Origin: Bigelowiella natans CCMP2755
Taxonomy: Eukaryota; Protista; Cercozoa
DNA: 64,000 bases
Reading direction: 5' to 3'
Assembly: GCA_000320545.1 (NCBI GenBank)
Contig: ADNK01002290.1
Location: 186,001-250,000, forward strand
Shown: positions 62,817 to 64,000 of the stretch, one piece after another
How positions within the stretch are numbered: position 1 is the first letter of the stretch
Layout: the number at the start of each line of letters is the position of its first letter
The notes under the pieces: model-generated
What the model was told of the DNA's origin: nothing
Database searches by the model: none
The model's input: the letters and a program-made list of their open reading frames with translations, nothing else
Translations under genes and position numbers: made by a program

Positions 62817-64000
62817 TCATCGCTTTCGGAACTTCACCAACCACCAGGTAATAGATTCCTCTCTAACCTTATCTCCTTTGTCGCTTACCCAGAACTCACC
62901 TTCGTCCTTAGGTTCGTGTCCATACCAGCCCTCTGCATCAAGGTCCCCCAGGACCTTATACCAGTGCTCAAAGGGTAAGTCGGGAACAGCTAGGTAGAGT
63001 AGCTGATATTTTCCGTCCTTTATTTTCATAGCTACCCTCTCCATATTTCGTAATCCAGGGTAGCCTAGATAGACAATCTTCATGCGCCAATCGTCGTTCA
63101 CCCTGACCTTATTGTTTCCATATTCCACATCGAACTTAGGTCGGGGTCCTAAACAAGGCATTGCTCGCTCCCACACAGTAGGGTTTACTTTAACATCCTC
63201 TAGGAGCTTCTCACCGATATCATAATTCTTTAGGTGACTGATGTGGCGCAAGGTGACCCTGTTCCCATCATAGATGTAGTACTGCTTCCTCCCCTTCCTC
63301 TCGGTAACCTTTGCAACGCCACCCCAGAAGGGGTCTTGTTTATTTCTCGATCTCAGATTTACCTTGGCCCTAACATACTGTCCTTCCTTTAGAACTCGGC
63401 CATCGTACGGGACCTTCTCGTCTTCGCTCTCGGTATCGTCGTCGTTGTCGTCGCCTTCTTCCCTCTCCTTATCCTTGATACCTCCCCCAGACGTGAAGGT
63501 GTCGTTTACTAACCCTTGTATCTTGTCTGGTGTGGTGCTATTTATCCTGCTTAGGTTGGCCAAGGTGCGGTGGAGTCGCTCTACCTTGGAGTTGGACTGG
63601 GCATAGTATACAGGTGAGGCATCAATATTAGGGTGTGGTAGCTGTAGAAGAGAGGTCTCATTATCCACATGTAACTTCTTTGGTATCTTGTTTATGCTAA
63701 CTTCATCAGGGATAGCCTGGAGCTCAGACTCCCAGGTACGGTAGCAGTTAGTAAGCCTCTGCTTATATAAGCCTTTGTTCTTCTTAGCAACGTTGACCTT
63801 GATAATCTTTTTAACCCAGCACTTTCCAGTGGCCACATCAACGAAGGTAAGGTAGTGATAGCCATCGTACTTATAAACATCAATTTGCACGATATCTAAG
63901 AAGTTCCTTGCTTTGATTTTCTTAGATGCACGGCTCTTGCTGGACTCCTTGGTGGCGACGCCTGCCGCCTTCAAGCTGGAGCACCTGCAGCCACGCAGGT
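62817..64000 (-). CDS. Retrotransposon integrase (C-terminal part of pol) with GPY/F module and C-terminal extra domain
   Basis: DIVQID...YLTFVDVATG, PKKLHVDN, SPVYYAQSNSKVERLHRTL (D,D,E); GPY/F-like KQDPFWGG..V..Y.I..RHISHLKNY. The frame stays open to the window edge (GCRC zinc-binding remnant). Confidence 0.9.
   Translation of the reverse strand, partial: LRGCRCSSLKAAGVATKESSKSRASKKIKARNFLDIVQIDVYKYDGYHYLTFVDVATGKCWVKKIIKVNVAKKNKGLYKQRLTNCYRTWESELQAIPDEVSINKIPKKLHVDNETSLLQLPHPNIDASPVYYAQSNSKVERLHRTLANLSRINSTTPDKIQGLVNDTFTSGGGIKDKEREEGDDNDDDTESEDEKVPYDGRVLKEGQYVRAKVNLRSRNKQDPFWGGVAKVTERKGRKQYYIYDGNRVTLRHISHLKNYDIGEKLLEDVKVNPTVWERAMPCLGPRPKFDVEYGNNKVRVNDDWRMKIVYLGYPGLRNMERVAMKIKDGKYQLLYLAVPDLPFEHWYKVLGDLDAEGWYGHEPKDEGEFWVSDKGDKVREESITWWLVKFRKR

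Larger units (their letters stand above)
62440..64000 (-). mobile_element. 3' end of a Ty3/gypsy-like LTR retrotransposon (continues beyond window)
   Basis: Integrase ORF, polypurine tract (GGGGGAGG on minus, 62766-62773) and LTR in canonical order. Confidence 0.85.

Overview
Eukaryotic, intron-rich nuclear DNA: short GT-AG introns full of microsatellites, and no rRNA, tRNA or CRISPR seen. The gene content is compatible with a protist or alga with a secondary plastid, such as a chlorarachniophyte (inference only). Recognisable genes: mitochondrial-type serine hydroxymethyltransferase (12 exons), an SPX-EXS (PHO1/XPR1) phosphate exporter, an ABHD11/YbfF esterase, an LRMDA-like LRR protein, a WW-motor-MyTH4-WW (class IV-like) myosin, a glomulin/ALF4-like protein, a queuosine-salvage (QNG1) protein with a Nudix domain nested inside it, a WW coiled-coil protein, a double Zn2Cys6 transcription factor and a TPR-DnaJ protein. 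The right edge holds the 3' end of a young Ty3/gypsy-like LTR element whose integrase ends in a degenerate Dam-like methyltransferase fold. The strongest unexplained signal is four sharply bounded 1-2.7 kb domains in which TpA is almost eliminated; two of them contain transposon relics. Codon changes show TA->TG/CA, and survivors are almost only CTAG (or TAG/CTA at the edges). This looks like a reverse-RIP A:T->G:C hypermutation system acting on repeats, although a modified-base sequencing artefact is not excluded. Second, purine/pyrimidine-alternating tracts carrying a recurring CATGCTAGCATG palindrome sit just downstream of gene 3' ends and host the TE insertions. All exon models were spliced by eye and all domain calls come from recalled motifs, not searches.
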